DNA from: an uncultured Chthonomonas sp.
GTDB lineage: Bacteria > Armatimonadota > Chthonomonadetes > Chthonomonadales > CAJBBX01
Assembly: GCA_903885605.1 (NCBI GenBank)
Contig: CAISJD010000022.1
Location: 6,437-70,436 of the forward strand
Direction: 5' to 3'
DNA length: 64,000 bases
Shown here: piece after piece, positions 10,158-20,023 of the stretch
Numbering within the stretch: the stretch's first letter is position 1
Layout of the letters: each line of letters starts with the position of its first letter
Notes under the pieces: generated by a model
Databases searched by the model: none
What the model was told of the DNA's origin: nothing
What the model saw: only the letters and a program-made list of their open reading frames with translations
Made by a program: the position numbers and the translations under genes

Positions 10158-11786
10158 CTACTCCTCGTCTCCCGGCTTGCGGCGCTCCAGGAAGCGCTGC
10201 CAGGCATCCATGCGGACCCAGAGCTGGGCGAAGACGCCGGGCCGCACCTTGTAGAAGCCGGTCATCAGGTGGTCCTTCAGCTTCTCGGTGAGGGCCTCGT
10301 CGTGGTCGCTGTGCGAGATCACCACCGGCGCGTCGGGGTTCGCAGGCACGGCGGCATAGTAGCCGACGCTGGCGGCGCCGCGCAGGTACCAGGGCAGGGG
10401 CCAGTAGTAGTTATCGGTCCAGATCACCTTCACGACCATGGCCCGGCCCGCGGCGTTGGCGTCGGCGATCTTCAGCACGCGACGCTGAAGGCGCAGGATG
10501 TCGCCCTCGGTATGTGCATAGACGTAGGGTGAGCGGGGATCGGCCGCCAGCGCGGTGGTCGCTTGCACAGCCTGAGCCGTCAGGTTCGCTCCGGCCGCGA
10601 GCAGCAGCAGGAGCGGAGCCACGCGGGCGCCGCCGGGCAGTCGGTCCCAGAGGGCCGCGAAGGCCGCGCCGGCGGGCACGCAGAGCAGAGCCACCAACGA
10701 GATGACGCACCAGGGCGTCTTGTAGGGGATCACGGAGTAGGCCGCCAGCATGAGCAGCGCCTGCAGGCCCGTCAGCCGCGTCAGCGAGGCCCGGTCTGCG
10801 GCCTGCGGAGTGGCGGGACGCGCGAGGAAGGCCCAGAGCAGGCCCAGCAGCGCCGTCCCCGCGATGGCCGCCTCGCTGAAGGCCGGTCCCCCCGGCTTGC
10901 GCGTCCAGAAGAGGAGGCCGATGTAGGTCCACCAGGGATGGATGTGCTCCGTGGCGCCTCCCGCGCGCTGCAGCCACGGGAGGTAGGTGCGGACGATGTC
11001 GACCGCCGCCTGCGGGTTGCGGAAGCCGCAGCTCAGGAGCCCCACAGCTGTGAGGAGCCCCAGCAGTAGCGCGGCGAGCCAGAGCCGCCACGACGCCGCG
11101 GGCCAGGGCGACGGAGGGCCGTCGCGCCGGACGCGCCGATAGCCGGCTTCCAGCGCCGGCGCGGCGAAGGCGGCGACCACCGCCACCACGGCGGTCTCCT
11201 TGGAGGCCTGCATGAGCCCCGCGCAGACCGCCGCGGCCATGAGCCAGCCCGATCTGCGCGTCCGAAGCCAGCGCCAGCCGCATCCCACGGCAGCCACGGT
11301 AAAGAGCGCCAGGAAGGTCTCCTGGATGTAGTACCGGCTGTAGTAGACCATCGAGGGGGAGGCCGCCGCCAGCAGCGCCGCCGCCACGATGCCCGGACGC
11401 CCAAGGCCCGGCGCGAAGAGCGCGTAGAGCAGCACCAGCAGCGCCCCCGCCAACGCAACGGGGAGCCGGAAGTCGCGCTCCTGAGTGGCCGCGAAGTCGG
11501 CTCGGTGCGCGGCCAAGACCGACGGGAGCGTGGCGTAGTAGAGGGTCGGGCCGTGGAACTCGTTTGGGTCGTAGGTGTAGCGGCCTGTGGTCCACAGCTC
11601 GGCGAACTTTGCGGTATGGACCGACTCGTCGGCATGCATGGGCCGCACACCCAGGTTAGGGAGCCGCAACGCCAACGCCAACCCCAGCGCAAGGGCGAGG
11701 ACCGCCGCCAGTCCAACCGCCGCCAGAGCTCTACTTGCCAAGCGCACTCCCCCTTTTTTCGGTGACACCCTCGGGAGTCTACCCAT
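10158..11786 (-). CDS. polytopic GT-C-type glycosyltransferase-like membrane protein (ArnT/PMT, TIGR03663-like)
   Basis: More than 10 predicted TM helices. The N-terminal loop PMHADESVHTAKFAELWTTGRYTYDPNEFHGPTLYY matches my memory of the TIGR03663 family. Confidence 0.55.
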   Translation of the reverse strand: MGRLPRVSPKKGGVRLASRALAAVGLAAVLALALGLALALRLPNLGVRPMHADESVHTAKFAELWTTGRYTYDPNEFHGPTLYYATLPSVLAAHRADFAATQERDFRLPVALAGALLVLLYALFAPGLGRPGIVAAALLAAASPSMVYYSRYYIQETFLALFTVAAVGCGWRWLRTRRSGWLMAAAVCAGLMQASKETAVVAVVAAFAAPALEAGYRRVRRDGPPSPWPAASWRLWLAALLLGLLTAVGLLSCGFRNPQAAVDIVRTYLPWLQRAGGATEHIHPWWTYIGLLFWTRKPGGPAFSEAAIAGTALLGLLWAFLARPATPQAADRASLTRLTGLQALLMLAAYSVIPYKTPWCVISLVALLCVPAGAAFAALWDRLPGGARVAPLLLLLAAGANLTAQAVQATTALAADPRSPYVYAHTEGDILRLQRRVLKIADANAAGRAMVVKVIWTDNYYWPLPWYLRGAASVGYYAAVPANPDAPVVISHSDHDEALTEKLKDHLMTGFYKVRPGVFAQLWVRMDAWQRFLERRKPGDEE

Positions 11787-11856
11787 GCGGTGCGCCGTAA
11801 GGGTATGTTAGGGTTCGGTCATCATTGGGGCGACGCTGCCCGCCAAGGAGAGCCGC

Positions 11857-12705
11857 ATGAACCTGCCCGATGCCGTGGGCCACCTCGGGGCCGCCCTCCC
11901 GCTCCTCTGCGCGACGCTGGCGCTGGCCTGTTGCGCCGCCGCGGCGCCCTCGCCCGAACCGCTCACGCTTCCTCTCTGGCCCCAAAGCGCTCCCGGCGCA
12001 CAGGGCAGCGCGGAGGCTGATCGACCCGAGATCACCGTGCATCCGGCTCCCAAGGGAAAGGCGACCGGCGCCGCAGTCATCGTCTGCCCCGGCGGCGGCT
12101 ACCACGCGTTGATGATGAGCTATGAGGGCCACGACATCGCGGCCTGGCTCAACGCCCATGGCGTGGCCGGCATCGTGCTGAAGTACCGCATCCAGCCTTA
12201 CCCGGCGCCGGTCTCCATCGCTGACGGCCGCCGCGCCGTTCGGTTGGTCCGCTTCCATGCAAAGGAATGGGGCCTCGACCCCAAGCGGATCGGCATGATG
12301 GGCTTCTCCGCCGGAGGGCATCTGGCCTCCAACGTCGGCACCAGCTTCGACAAGGGCGATGCTCGCGCGGCCGACCCGGTTGAGCGATTCAGTTGTCGGC
12401 CCGACTTCCTCGCGCTGGTCTACCCGGCAACGGACTATGCGGGGATGCCCCGCACGGAGGGCAACGTGACCGCGCAGACGCCGCCCTCCTTCCTGACGCA
12501 CTCGGCTCAGGACCAGACCGTTCCGGTGGAGCAGAGCCGCCGCTTCTATGCCGCGCTGCTGCGGCACAAGGTGCCGGCCGAGTACCTGGAGCTGCCCACG
12601 GGCGCCCACGGGCTCGGCTGCGGCAAGGGGCCGGAGTGGGAGGCATGGCAGAGGGCCTGTATCAAGTGGCTGGCCGGCCGGAAGGTAGCCGATACGAGCA
12701 AGTAG
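11857..12705 (+). CDS. secreted alpha/beta-hydrolase esterase
   Basis: AAGGAG RBS and a signal or lipoprotein-like N-terminus. Oxyanion-type VCPGGGYHAL and nucleophile elbow GFSAGGHL. Confidence 0.75.
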   Translation: MNLPDAVGHLGAALPLLCATLALACCAAAAPSPEPLTLPLWPQSAPGAQGSAEADRPEITVHPAPKGKATGAAVIVCPGGGYHALMMSYEGHDIAAWLNAHGVAGIVLKYRIQPYPAPVSIADGRRAVRLVRFHAKEWGLDPKRIGMMGFSAGGHLASNVGTSFDKGDARAADPVERFSCRPDFLALVYPATDYAGMPRTEGNVTAQTPPSFLTHSAQDQTVPVEQSRRFYAALLRHKVPAEYLELPTGAHGLGCGKGPEWEAWQRACIKWLAGRKVADTSK

Positions 12706-12727
12706 GCCGCCGGTACGCACTGGAGCG

Positions 12728-13630
12728 TTGATCGTGGACCAGACCAAACCGATGTACGAGCCGCTGGTGATGGACCCGGAGATGCGGGCGCAGGTGCTTG
12801 AGATCGCGCAGGTATACGCGACCAGCCGCCGCCTGATCGCCGCGGTAGATGCTCTGCTGGAGGATAGGCCCGACCACGCCTATGGTCCGCTGATCCATAT
12901 CCTGCGCGGGCCCAAGGTGCGGCCCATGTGGGACCTCCGCCTGGCGGCCATGTGCCTGCCCTACGCCGTCGGAACGCGGGAGCAGGCCCAGGAGGCCGGC
13001 CGCGCCCTGGTGGACGCCACTTGGCGGCGCCTCCGCAGGCCCACGGTCGTCGTTCCGCCTGCCGTCTATGCCGCAACGCTGCTGGGCCTCTTCATCCGCT
13101 TCCTCTTCAAGATGGGACGTGAGATGAAGGTGGCCGAGCTGCCTTTCTACGTCGCCATCGCGGCGTTTCCGCTGGCGTGGTATGTGATCGCCTGGCTACT
13201 CCCCGTCAACAGGAAAGAGCTTAAGCTGGCATGCCTGGGCGCGCTGACCGACCTTGAGGCGCCCGAGGGGCTGGCCATCGCCGTGCAGAGCCTGGGCCGG
13301 AGTTCGTCGCGCAGGTCTCGCAAGGCGGCCCACGCCCTGGTGCGGGCGGTTGCCGCCGGCGCGAGGCCCGAGGACTACGAACGCGTCGGCCCGCACGTCA
13401 TGGCGCACGTTGCCAGCCGGGCGGCCGATAAGCGCGACTGGGACCTGGTGCAGGTGGTGCAGGCCATGGGGCGCGGCGAGTCGATCCCCGCGATGGAGCG
13501 GCTGCTGGGGAAGACGGAGCCGGGACGACGACGGCAGAAGGCCCAGGCCGCGCTGGATGCGGCAACCGCGAGGGCCAATGCGGCGGGGTCAGCGCACGGG
13601 GAGCAGGTCGAGCAGCCTCCCGCCTCGTAG
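12728..13630 (+). CDS. hypothetical membrane protein
   Basis: Two central hydrophobic helices (VYAATLLGLFIRFLF and FYVAIAAFPLAWYVIAWLL) flanked by helical repeat-like regions. The start is uncertain: TTG 12728 or ATG 12752. The 3' end overlaps the convergent gene by 42 nt. Confidence 0.4.
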   Translation: MIVDQTKPMYEPLVMDPEMRAQVLEIAQVYATSRRLIAAVDALLEDRPDHAYGPLIHILRGPKVRPMWDLRLAAMCLPYAVGTREQAQEAGRALVDATWRRLRRPTVVVPPAVYAATLLGLFIRFLFKMGREMKVAELPFYVAIAAFPLAWYVIAWLLPVNRKELKLACLGALTDLEAPEGLAIAVQSLGRSSSRRSRKAAHALVRAVAAGARPEDYERVGPHVMAHVASRAADKRDWDLVQVVQAMGRGESIPAMERLLGKTEPGRRRQKAQAALDAATARANAAGSAHGEQVEQPPAS

Positions 13631-16600
13631 AAGCAGCACGGCGCGGGCCAGGCCGTTCGCGGAGAACTCCGTGACGATGGACGGCCGCGTCAGGTCCGCG
13701 CCGGCCAACTCCTCGCCGTCGGCGCCGGACAGCACCAGGCGGTCGCCCCTGAGCGCGCCGCGAGCGGTCACCCGCAACCGTTCGCCGTGCCGGATCGCCG
13801 AGAGCATCCGAGGCAGCCGCGCCAGGCAGGCCAAGCCGTCGCGGGTCAGTGCTGCCCGGATCGCGCCGGAGCTGTCCACGGCGGCCTCGTCCTGGCCGAG
13901 CAGGTCCACCACGTGCTCGCCGGGCCCCGGCTTCAGCCGGAGCACAGGCCCGGCGAAGGTATGCCCCGTGGCGTTGTAGACGTGGTAGAGCGTCTTGGCG
14001 CCCGCCGTGAACCGGTTCACATAGACGCCGCGGCTCGGCGCCGGGATCAGCGCCCGGCAGTCGCGCGAGTTCAGCGCGTCCTCGTTGCGGCGGAGCAGCA
14101 GGACCTGTCGCCGGTCCCACGCTGTAGCAAACGAGGCCACGCCGTTCCAGAGCTTCTTCGCCATGGAGGCGGGGCGGCCCGTGTAGTCCAACTCGTAGGC
14201 CTTGCACTCGGGGAAGTAGAACCGCTGCAGGTTGCACTCCAGCCGGCGCAGGGGCGTCGACTGCACCGTCAGGTCGTAGGTGATGCAGCCGTCGATGCTC
14301 CGCATCAGGTAGTCGTAGCCGGGGTGCTCGGTAGTCAGGACGAGGCCCGACCGGATGCGGTCCATGCGGCGGCGAACCTCGGCGGTCGTCTCGGCTACGG
14401 CCTTGTTCCACTGCGAGACGCCCGGTTCGGCCCAGGTGTGCCGGTGCGCCGGACTGAAGCAGGCCCAGCCCATGTGCCCGTACTCGTCCAGCCTGATGCC
14501 GTCGGCGCCGGTCTCGCGGAGCACCCGCTCCATGGTGTCTGCCACCCAGCGGCGCACCTCGGGCAGGTAGTGGCAGGGGTTCAGCACATCGTAGACATGG
14601 GTCACCTTACCGTCGACGCCCACCACGCCCCACCGGTCGCCCAGCCGCCGACCCAGGGGGCAGGACCCGTCGAAGCGGAACGGGTCGGTGTAGAGGGTCA
14701 CCAGGGCGCCGGCCCGCTGCCATCGGCTCACCGCCTGCCGGAATGCCGGAAGGCCGCCGAAGCGGTCGTTGTAGGCTGCATAGTCTCCGGGCTGGTTGTT
14801 CCACATGCGGGCGCCGGTCACGGGGTCCTGCACGATGTAGGGCTCGCAGGCGCGAACCTGCTCGGGCGTCAGCTTCGAGGCCAGGTTGTCGATGGGTGCG
14901 CCGAACGGCCCGGTCGGCGACCAGTCCCACCAGGACATCAGCTCCAGGCAGTCGGTCATGCTCCGGCCCACGCCGGGGAGCGGCGGATCGACAAGGTCGT
15001 TGCGGTAGCCGCCGTCCTTGAAGAGCAGGTCGGTGGACCAGCCTCGGGGCGTCATGGTCTGGACCGAGCGCAGCCGCGAGGCCATGGGCCGGAAGCGCCA
15101 GACCCGGTGCGCCCAGGCGGCATAGGCCTCCATGGCCTCGTGCCAGTCGCCGGCGTGCGCGGCAAGCACCGCCGCTGAAATGGGGAACTCGCTGCCCGGC
15201 GCGCGGGTCCGTTGCGCGTACTCCACGGCCATGCCGATGCCCGGCGTGGCGGAGAGCGGGTTGGAGCCCTTGAACGCGTCGCGGGTGAGGGTTGCCACTC
15301 GATCGCAAGTCACCTCTGGCCGGCCGGGAACGGCCTTCCGCAGGGCCAGCGTCTTGTGCATGCCCTGCGTGTCATCGACGCGCAGGTAGAGGCCGCCGCC
15401 GCGTGCGGGACTGTGGAGGTCCATGACCTGGTAGAGGGCCTGGTGGTCGCCGTAGACCGCACGGATCAGCGCGGGCGTGCCGCCCATGATGCCCCCGCCC
15501 AGCGGGTAGAAGTAGCGGTCATCGCGCGCGTTGGGCGACGCGGCCAGCCCCTCCAGGTGCGGGAAGACGACCGAGGCGGACACGGACGCCCGGCCCGCCG
15601 GCCGCAGCCGCAGGCCCAATCGCAGGCCCTCGGCCTCCATGCGCAACGCAAGCGTGGCCCGCAACGGCGGCTCGGTGAGCGCCAATTCGGCCCGGACTCC
15701 TGCGCCGTATGGGCTAATCGAAAGCAAGCGAAAGTCGCGGCTCCCGGAGTACCGTCGCCCGGCGACCGCTACGGTGAAGAGTGGCGGCGCCCCTGCGCGG
15801 AGCATCTCGCAGCCGGTGATCCGGTTGCGCAGCGAGACGAGGCGCAGCCGACCGCCGGTCGCATGGAACCGCGCCTCGAGGTCCGTCCCGCGGAGCGTGG
15901 CGCCCGAGCGTCTCACGTCGGCCGACGGAGCCATTGGTGCGGGCCTGGCATACGGAGCAGCGATGGGCGGGACCAGGTCGATGGGAGGCGCCGGCGGGCG
16001 CAGGGCGCGACAAGCGCGCAATGCTACCGAGCGTATGCCCGATGATCCCATCCCGCGCAACAGCACGCCGCCCGGGCGTAGCGTCCTGCCCGCCGGCAGC
16101 GACAGCCGTCCGCTGCGCGAGGGCTCGCCGGTAGGGTCGCCCTGGCCGTCCAGCCATAGCATCTCGACGCTCTCAGAGCCGTCGAGTAAGACCTCCAGCG
16201 GTTCACGCATGTCCAGCGCCGCCGGGTCCCACTCCAGCCGCACGGAACCGTCGGCGGGGACGCCCACCGTCGGTCCCGCGTAGGCGATGATACCGGCAGA
16301 ATCCTCCAGCGCGGGCGTCGCCAAGGGCCGCCATATGGCAGCCACGGTCGTGCTGTCGGTCACCAGGTACGCCCGCACCATGTACTCGCCCGAGCCGCCG
16401 GGCACGGTGAGCGCGTCGGTGCGCCAGGTGGCGCCGTCGAAGGCCACGGCGCTGTTGCCGCGGTGGGCCGTCAGGTCGATGCAGAGGTATAGGTAGTCGT
16501 CGTACGCGCCGGCGCCCGGCGCCTTGCGGATAAGTATCTCATTGGGGCCGCGGCGCAACTCAGAGGGTGGGATGTCGTGGTCGAACCACTCCGGCGCCTG

Positions 16601-17008
16601 CGGGGCCCCTTCAGCGAAGGGTGTGGGGCCTCCGCCGGTGGGATACGTGTGGACATGCCCGTTGACGACGAGTTGGTAGGCCTCGTCCAAGCCGTCGGAC
16701 GCGCCTCCGGCGACGCGGGAGTAGTCGCGCACCATGAACAGGGCCGAGATGCGGACCGCCCGGACGCGAGCCCAGAGCGCCTCGGGCACGGCGGAGAGGT
16801 CCAGCGTCTTGCGGGCCGTGTAGGCGGACTCGACCTGGTGCGTGATGTCTTTGCTGCAGTCGGCCGCCCAGTTGCCGTTGTCGTCGCGCACCACGGTGAC
16901 GCCGCGGCCCACGGACTCGACGAGCGACGGCCCCGCCTGCGCTCCCGATGGGCTCCACGCGGCGCAGGCCAGGGCGACGGCACATATCAGGAGCCGCCGG
17001 GCAGCCAT
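13589..17008 (-). CDS. large secreted protein (1139 aa) with a C-terminal glycoside-hydrolase-like domain of an uncharacterised family
   Basis: Signal peptide MAARRLLICAVALACAAWSPSGAQA. The C-terminal region (GIRLDEYGHMGWACFSPAHRH ... LTTEHPGYD ... GVYVNRFTAGAKTLYHVYNATG) is paralogous to the partial gene at 63249-64000. Confidence 0.6.
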   Translation of the reverse strand: MAARRLLICAVALACAAWSPSGAQAGPSLVESVGRGVTVVRDDNGNWAADCSKDITHQVESAYTARKTLDLSAVPEALWARVRAVRISALFMVRDYSRVAGGASDGLDEAYQLVVNGHVHTYPTGGGPTPFAEGAPQAPEWFDHDIPPSELRRGPNEILIRKAPGAGAYDDYLYLCIDLTAHRGNSAVAFDGATWRTDALTVPGGSGEYMVRAYLVTDSTTVAAIWRPLATPALEDSAGIIAYAGPTVGVPADGSVRLEWDPAALDMREPLEVLLDGSESVEMLWLDGQGDPTGEPSRSGRLSLPAGRTLRPGGVLLRGMGSSGIRSVALRACRALRPPAPPIDLVPPIAAPYARPAPMAPSADVRRSGATLRGTDLEARFHATGGRLRLVSLRNRITGCEMLRAGAPPLFTVAVAGRRYSGSRDFRLLSISPYGAGVRAELALTEPPLRATLALRMEAEGLRLGLRLRPAGRASVSASVVFPHLEGLAASPNARDDRYFYPLGGGIMGGTPALIRAVYGDHQALYQVMDLHSPARGGGLYLRVDDTQGMHKTLALRKAVPGRPEVTCDRVATLTRDAFKGSNPLSATPGIGMAVEYAQRTRAPGSEFPISAAVLAAHAGDWHEAMEAYAAWAHRVWRFRPMASRLRSVQTMTPRGWSTDLLFKDGGYRNDLVDPPLPGVGRSMTDCLELMSWWDWSPTGPFGAPIDNLASKLTPEQVRACEPYIVQDPVTGARMWNNQPGDYAAYNDRFGGLPAFRQAVSRWQRAGALVTLYTDPFRFDGSCPLGRRLGDRWGVVGVDGKVTHVYDVLNPCHYLPEVRRWVADTMERVLRETGADGIRLDEYGHMGWACFSPAHRHTWAEPGVSQWNKAVAETTAEVRRRMDRIRSGLVLTTEHPGYDYLMRSIDGCITYDLTVQSTPLRRLECNLQRFYFPECKAYELDYTGRPASMAKKLWNGVASFATAWDRRQVLLLRRNEDALNSRDCRALIPAPSRGVYVNRFTAGAKTLYHVYNATGHTFAGPVLRLKPGPGEHVVDLLGQDEAAVDSSGAIRAALTRDGLACLARLPRMLSAIRHGERLRVTARGALRGDRLVLSGADGEELAGADLTRPSIVTEFSANGLARAVLLLRGGRLLDLLPVR

Positions 17009-17012
17009 GGCG

Positions 17013-18041
17013 CTACTCTCCCAGTCGGATGAGCGCCTTTACGTGCTTGCGCTCCTCCAGGTCGGCGAACGCATGAGCGATGTCGGCCAGCGCGTACGGG
17101 TGCGCCAGGTTCAGCCAGACCGAGGCGTCCAGGTCGCCGGACCGCATCAGGTCGATGACACGGTGGTGCGTCTCTGCCTCTTCGTAGCCGCCCTGGTAGA
17201 AGGTGAACGTGCCCCGCGCGCGCGTCGGATTGAGCAGGCACTTACCGAAGTCATCGACGCCGTAGATGGTGACCATCCCCCCGTCGGCGACGTGCGGCAG
17301 GTAGGCGTTCGCCACGCCGGACTTCCCCACGGCGTCGATGACGAAGTCGAACCCGCCGGGCCGGGCCTGGCGGAGCCGGTCGTGCGTATCCGGCGCGGAA
17401 TAGGCTAGCGCCAGATCGGCTCCGGTTGCCCGGCAGGTTATCACCCGACCGGCGCTGCCCACCATGGCCACGGTCTCCGCGCCCATGTGCCGGGCATGCG
17501 CCGCGAAGGCCAGGCCGTTGCCCCCGGATCCGATGACCAGCGCCGACGCTCCGTGGCCCAGGCCCATGCGGGTGATGGTGCTCAACGTCTCGCGCCACGT
17601 GACCACCATGGTTGCCGACGCTGGATCGATGTCCGGCGGGATCACCTGGTTGATGGAGTGGCCGCGCCACTGGGCCTCGGGGAGGCCGTCGTCGCGCATG
17701 GCCATCCAGTCACGGGCGATGCCCAGTTCGCTGAAGCCGCCCCAGTTCACGTCGAAGGAGCCGTCGACCGGCGCGGGCAGGCCCACGCGGGAGACCAGGT
17801 CGCCGACACGCAGGTGGCGCACCTTGGCGCCCACCTGGCCCACGCGTCCCACGCTCTCGTGCCCGATCACGGTCGGGTAGCGAACGGGCCACGGGAAGCG
17901 GCCATGGATCAGGTGGCCGTCGGTTCCCGTGCAGGTGGCGCCCCAGAGCATCTCGCAGAGCGCATCGTAGGGGCCGAGCGTGGGCGCCGGCGTCTCGCGC
18001 ACGTCAATCAGGCCCGGCTCCATGACAAAGGCTGCCTTCAC
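17013..18041 (-). CDS. zinc-type alcohol dehydrogenase (MDR family)
   Basis: GHESVGRV zinc-ligand motif and Rossmann motif VIGSGGNGLAFAA. The preferred start is GTG 18041 (VKAAFV), 6 nt downstream of AGGAGG. Confidence 0.8.
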   Translation of the reverse strand: MKAAFVMEPGLIDVRETPAPTLGPYDALCEMLWGATCTGTDGHLIHGRFPWPVRYPTVIGHESVGRVGQVGAKVRHLRVGDLVSRVGLPAPVDGSFDVNWGGFSELGIARDWMAMRDDGLPEAQWRGHSINQVIPPDIDPASATMVVTWRETLSTITRMGLGHGASALVIGSGGNGLAFAAHARHMGAETVAMVGSAGRVITCRATGADLALAYSAPDTHDRLRQARPGGFDFVIDAVGKSGVANAYLPHVADGGMVTIYGVDDFGKCLLNPTRARGTFTFYQGGYEEAETHHRVIDLMRSGDLDASVWLNLAHPYALADIAHAFADLEERKHVKALIRLGE

Positions 18042-18112
18042 GCTTCCCCTCCTGCGCATGAGCGGGACCATGGCCCCGGCGGTTCTCCCGTTCCCTACAG
18101 GATAGCCGACCT

Positions 18113-20023
18113 GTGCGGCCTATGCGAGGGGCGGCGGCCGACGCTGCACGGGAAGGTAGAATGCGGACGCATGCCCCGGCCACTCACTACCTGTTGTTCC
18201 GGGCTCACCCATGCTGCTGCAACGTGGGTTGTGCAGGCCCGTTGTCGGCGGAGGAGCCATTGAAGCCCGAACGCTACCATGCCTGCTCGCTCTGGGCGCG
18301 TATCTCGTTGCCGTCGCGCTCCGGGTCCGACCATGAGCAGATTCCTACCTGCCCGGACGGTCTGCACGCGGTAGCCGACATCGCCACCGACCGATGGCGA
18401 GTGGTCGTCCGTGGCTCCGGGCTCTCCACCGCCCGTTGCGAACGGACCGGAGTGCAGGTGATCGTGGCGGGACGCCACCGAAACCGCCATGCCGGTGACC
18501 TGGCCGCCTGGCTACTGGCCTCCTACCAGGCCGACGCCCGGGGCTTCGCGAGCGACCTCAATGGTTCGTTCCTCGCGCTGATCCTCGATCCGGGCCTGCC
18601 GCATCTCCTCGCCGTGACCGATCCCCTCGGATCGCGCCGCCTCTTCCACCGGCTGGTCGGCGGCGCGACGATCCTCGGCACATCGCTGCGTTTCATGGAG
18701 ACTACGACGGCGCCACTCGACGAGGCGGCGATCGGCTCCTATCTGGCCACCGGCTCGTTCATGGCCGGCCGGACGCCCCATATCGGCATCACGGCCATGC
18801 CGCGGGCGTCGGTGTTCGAGGTCTCGCCGGCGGGTCTCTCGGCTCGGGAGTACTGGCGGTTCCCACCGACTGGGCCGCAGATCACGGAGCCGGCCGAGGC
18901 AGAGGAGCGGATCGAGCAGATCGTCGTGCGGTCGGTGTCGGACGCGCTTGCCGGCGGCCTGCGTCCCGCCGTATCGCTGAGCGGCGGCCTGGACAGCACC
19001 TGCCTGCTCGGCGTCCTGCGGAACCGCCTCGGGGTCGGCCCGGACCTGTTCACCTACTGCCACGGCGAACCCGCAGAGGACGATGATGCCGCCGCTTCCA
19101 CACGAACGGCGCGGACGATCGGCCTCCCGCACCGGACGGTGGCGGCCTACGACGGAAACCTGATCCAGCATATCGAGCGGAACGCCGCGTGGGGCGAGGG
19201 GTGGGCTTGCCACTGCTCCGAGATAGATGCCTGGTGGACGCTTGCGGCGGAGTGGGCGGAGCAACCCGCGCACATTGTCTTCACCGGCGATCAGTCCTTC
19301 ATAAACTGGTGGCGACCCCTGAACCGGCGCGAGGACCTGCTGCTGGACGCCTCGCTGGCCGATTTCGGCGCGCTGCATTGGGCCGCGGGCTTGTTCGGGG
19401 GCGACCTGCACCGAAGGCTTCGCGGTGGCTGTGCGGCCATCTTCTCCGAACTGCTGGCCGGGCTCGACGGCTTCGACACGCTGATGGAAGCGGGCGAATA
19501 CCTCTACCTCGACCAACGGATGCCCAACACCTACATGGCGTGGCGAGACCGGTTCGTACGACGGGCCGCGGAGAGCTGCGCGCCGCTCGTGGATCGGGAG
19601 CTCTACGAGGTCACCTCACGGCTGGCGCCCGAGCTGAAGATGGGTCGGCGGGTGTTTGCCTCCGTTGCCGCGCGGTTCTGGCCGGAAGGGATGCCTGAGA
19701 GGGCGGCGGGCGGCGCCTATGCGCCCGACTGGCACACCGAAGTCGTGCAGAACGCCGAGGGCCTGACCGCGTGGGTCTCGGCGACGCCCAGCCGGCTCGA
19801 CGAGGTGATCCCGCGGCGCGTCGCCCTGGGGCTCGTGCGCTACATCCAATCGAACGGCAAGCCCAGGACCGACGCCGAAGGGTGGATACCGCGCATCGCC
19901 AGGGGCTCGCATGAGTGGGGCACGCGCCTCCGCGGACTGGGCCCATTCCACAGGCAGTTGGTCTACCCGCACACGCTCCTGCTCCGCCTACTGACGCTCC
20001 GTGCCGCGCTCCGAGCAGACTAG
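18113..20023 (+). CDS. asparagine synthetase B-family (PP-loop amidotransferase-like) protein
   Basis: PP-loop SLSGGLDSTCLLG. The upstream Ntn-like region (VIVAGRHRNRHAGDLA...LNGSFLALILDP) lacks an N-terminal Met-Cys. The true start is uncertain and may lie anywhere in 18113 to about 18440. Confidence 0.65.
   Translation: MRPMRGAAADAAREGRMRTHAPATHYLLFRAHPCCCNVGCAGPLSAEEPLKPERYHACSLWARISLPSRSGSDHEQIPTCPDGLHAVADIATDRWRVVVRGSGLSTARCERTGVQVIVAGRHRNRHAGDLAAWLLASYQADARGFASDLNGSFLALILDPGLPHLLAVTDPLGSRRLFHRLVGGATILGTSLRFMETTTAPLDEAAIGSYLATGSFMAGRTPHIGITAMPRASVFEVSPAGLSAREYWRFPPTGPQITEPAEAEERIEQIVVRSVSDALAGGLRPAVSLSGGLDSTCLLGVLRNRLGVGPDLFTYCHGEPAEDDDAAASTRTARTIGLPHRTVAAYDGNLIQHIERNAAWGEGWACHCSEIDAWWTLAAEWAEQPAHIVFTGDQSFINWWRPLNRREDLLLDASLADFGALHWAAGLFGGDLHRRLRGGCAAIFSELLAGLDGFDTLMEAGEYLYLDQRMPNTYMAWRDRFVRRAAESCAPLVDRELYEVTSRLAPELKMGRRVFASVAARFWPEGMPERAAGGAYAPDWHTEVVQNAEGLTAWVSATPSRLDEVIPRRVALGLVRYIQSNGKPRTDAEGWIPRIARGSHEWGTRLRGLGPFHRQLVYPHTLLLRLLTLRAALRAD

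Noticed and set aside
18113-20023. AsnB-like gene as a lasso-peptide cyclase or other RiPP cluster
   Set aside because: I could not identify any adjacent transglutaminase-like protease (B protein), RRE or short precursor ORF. The neighbours are an ADH and an MttB homologue.
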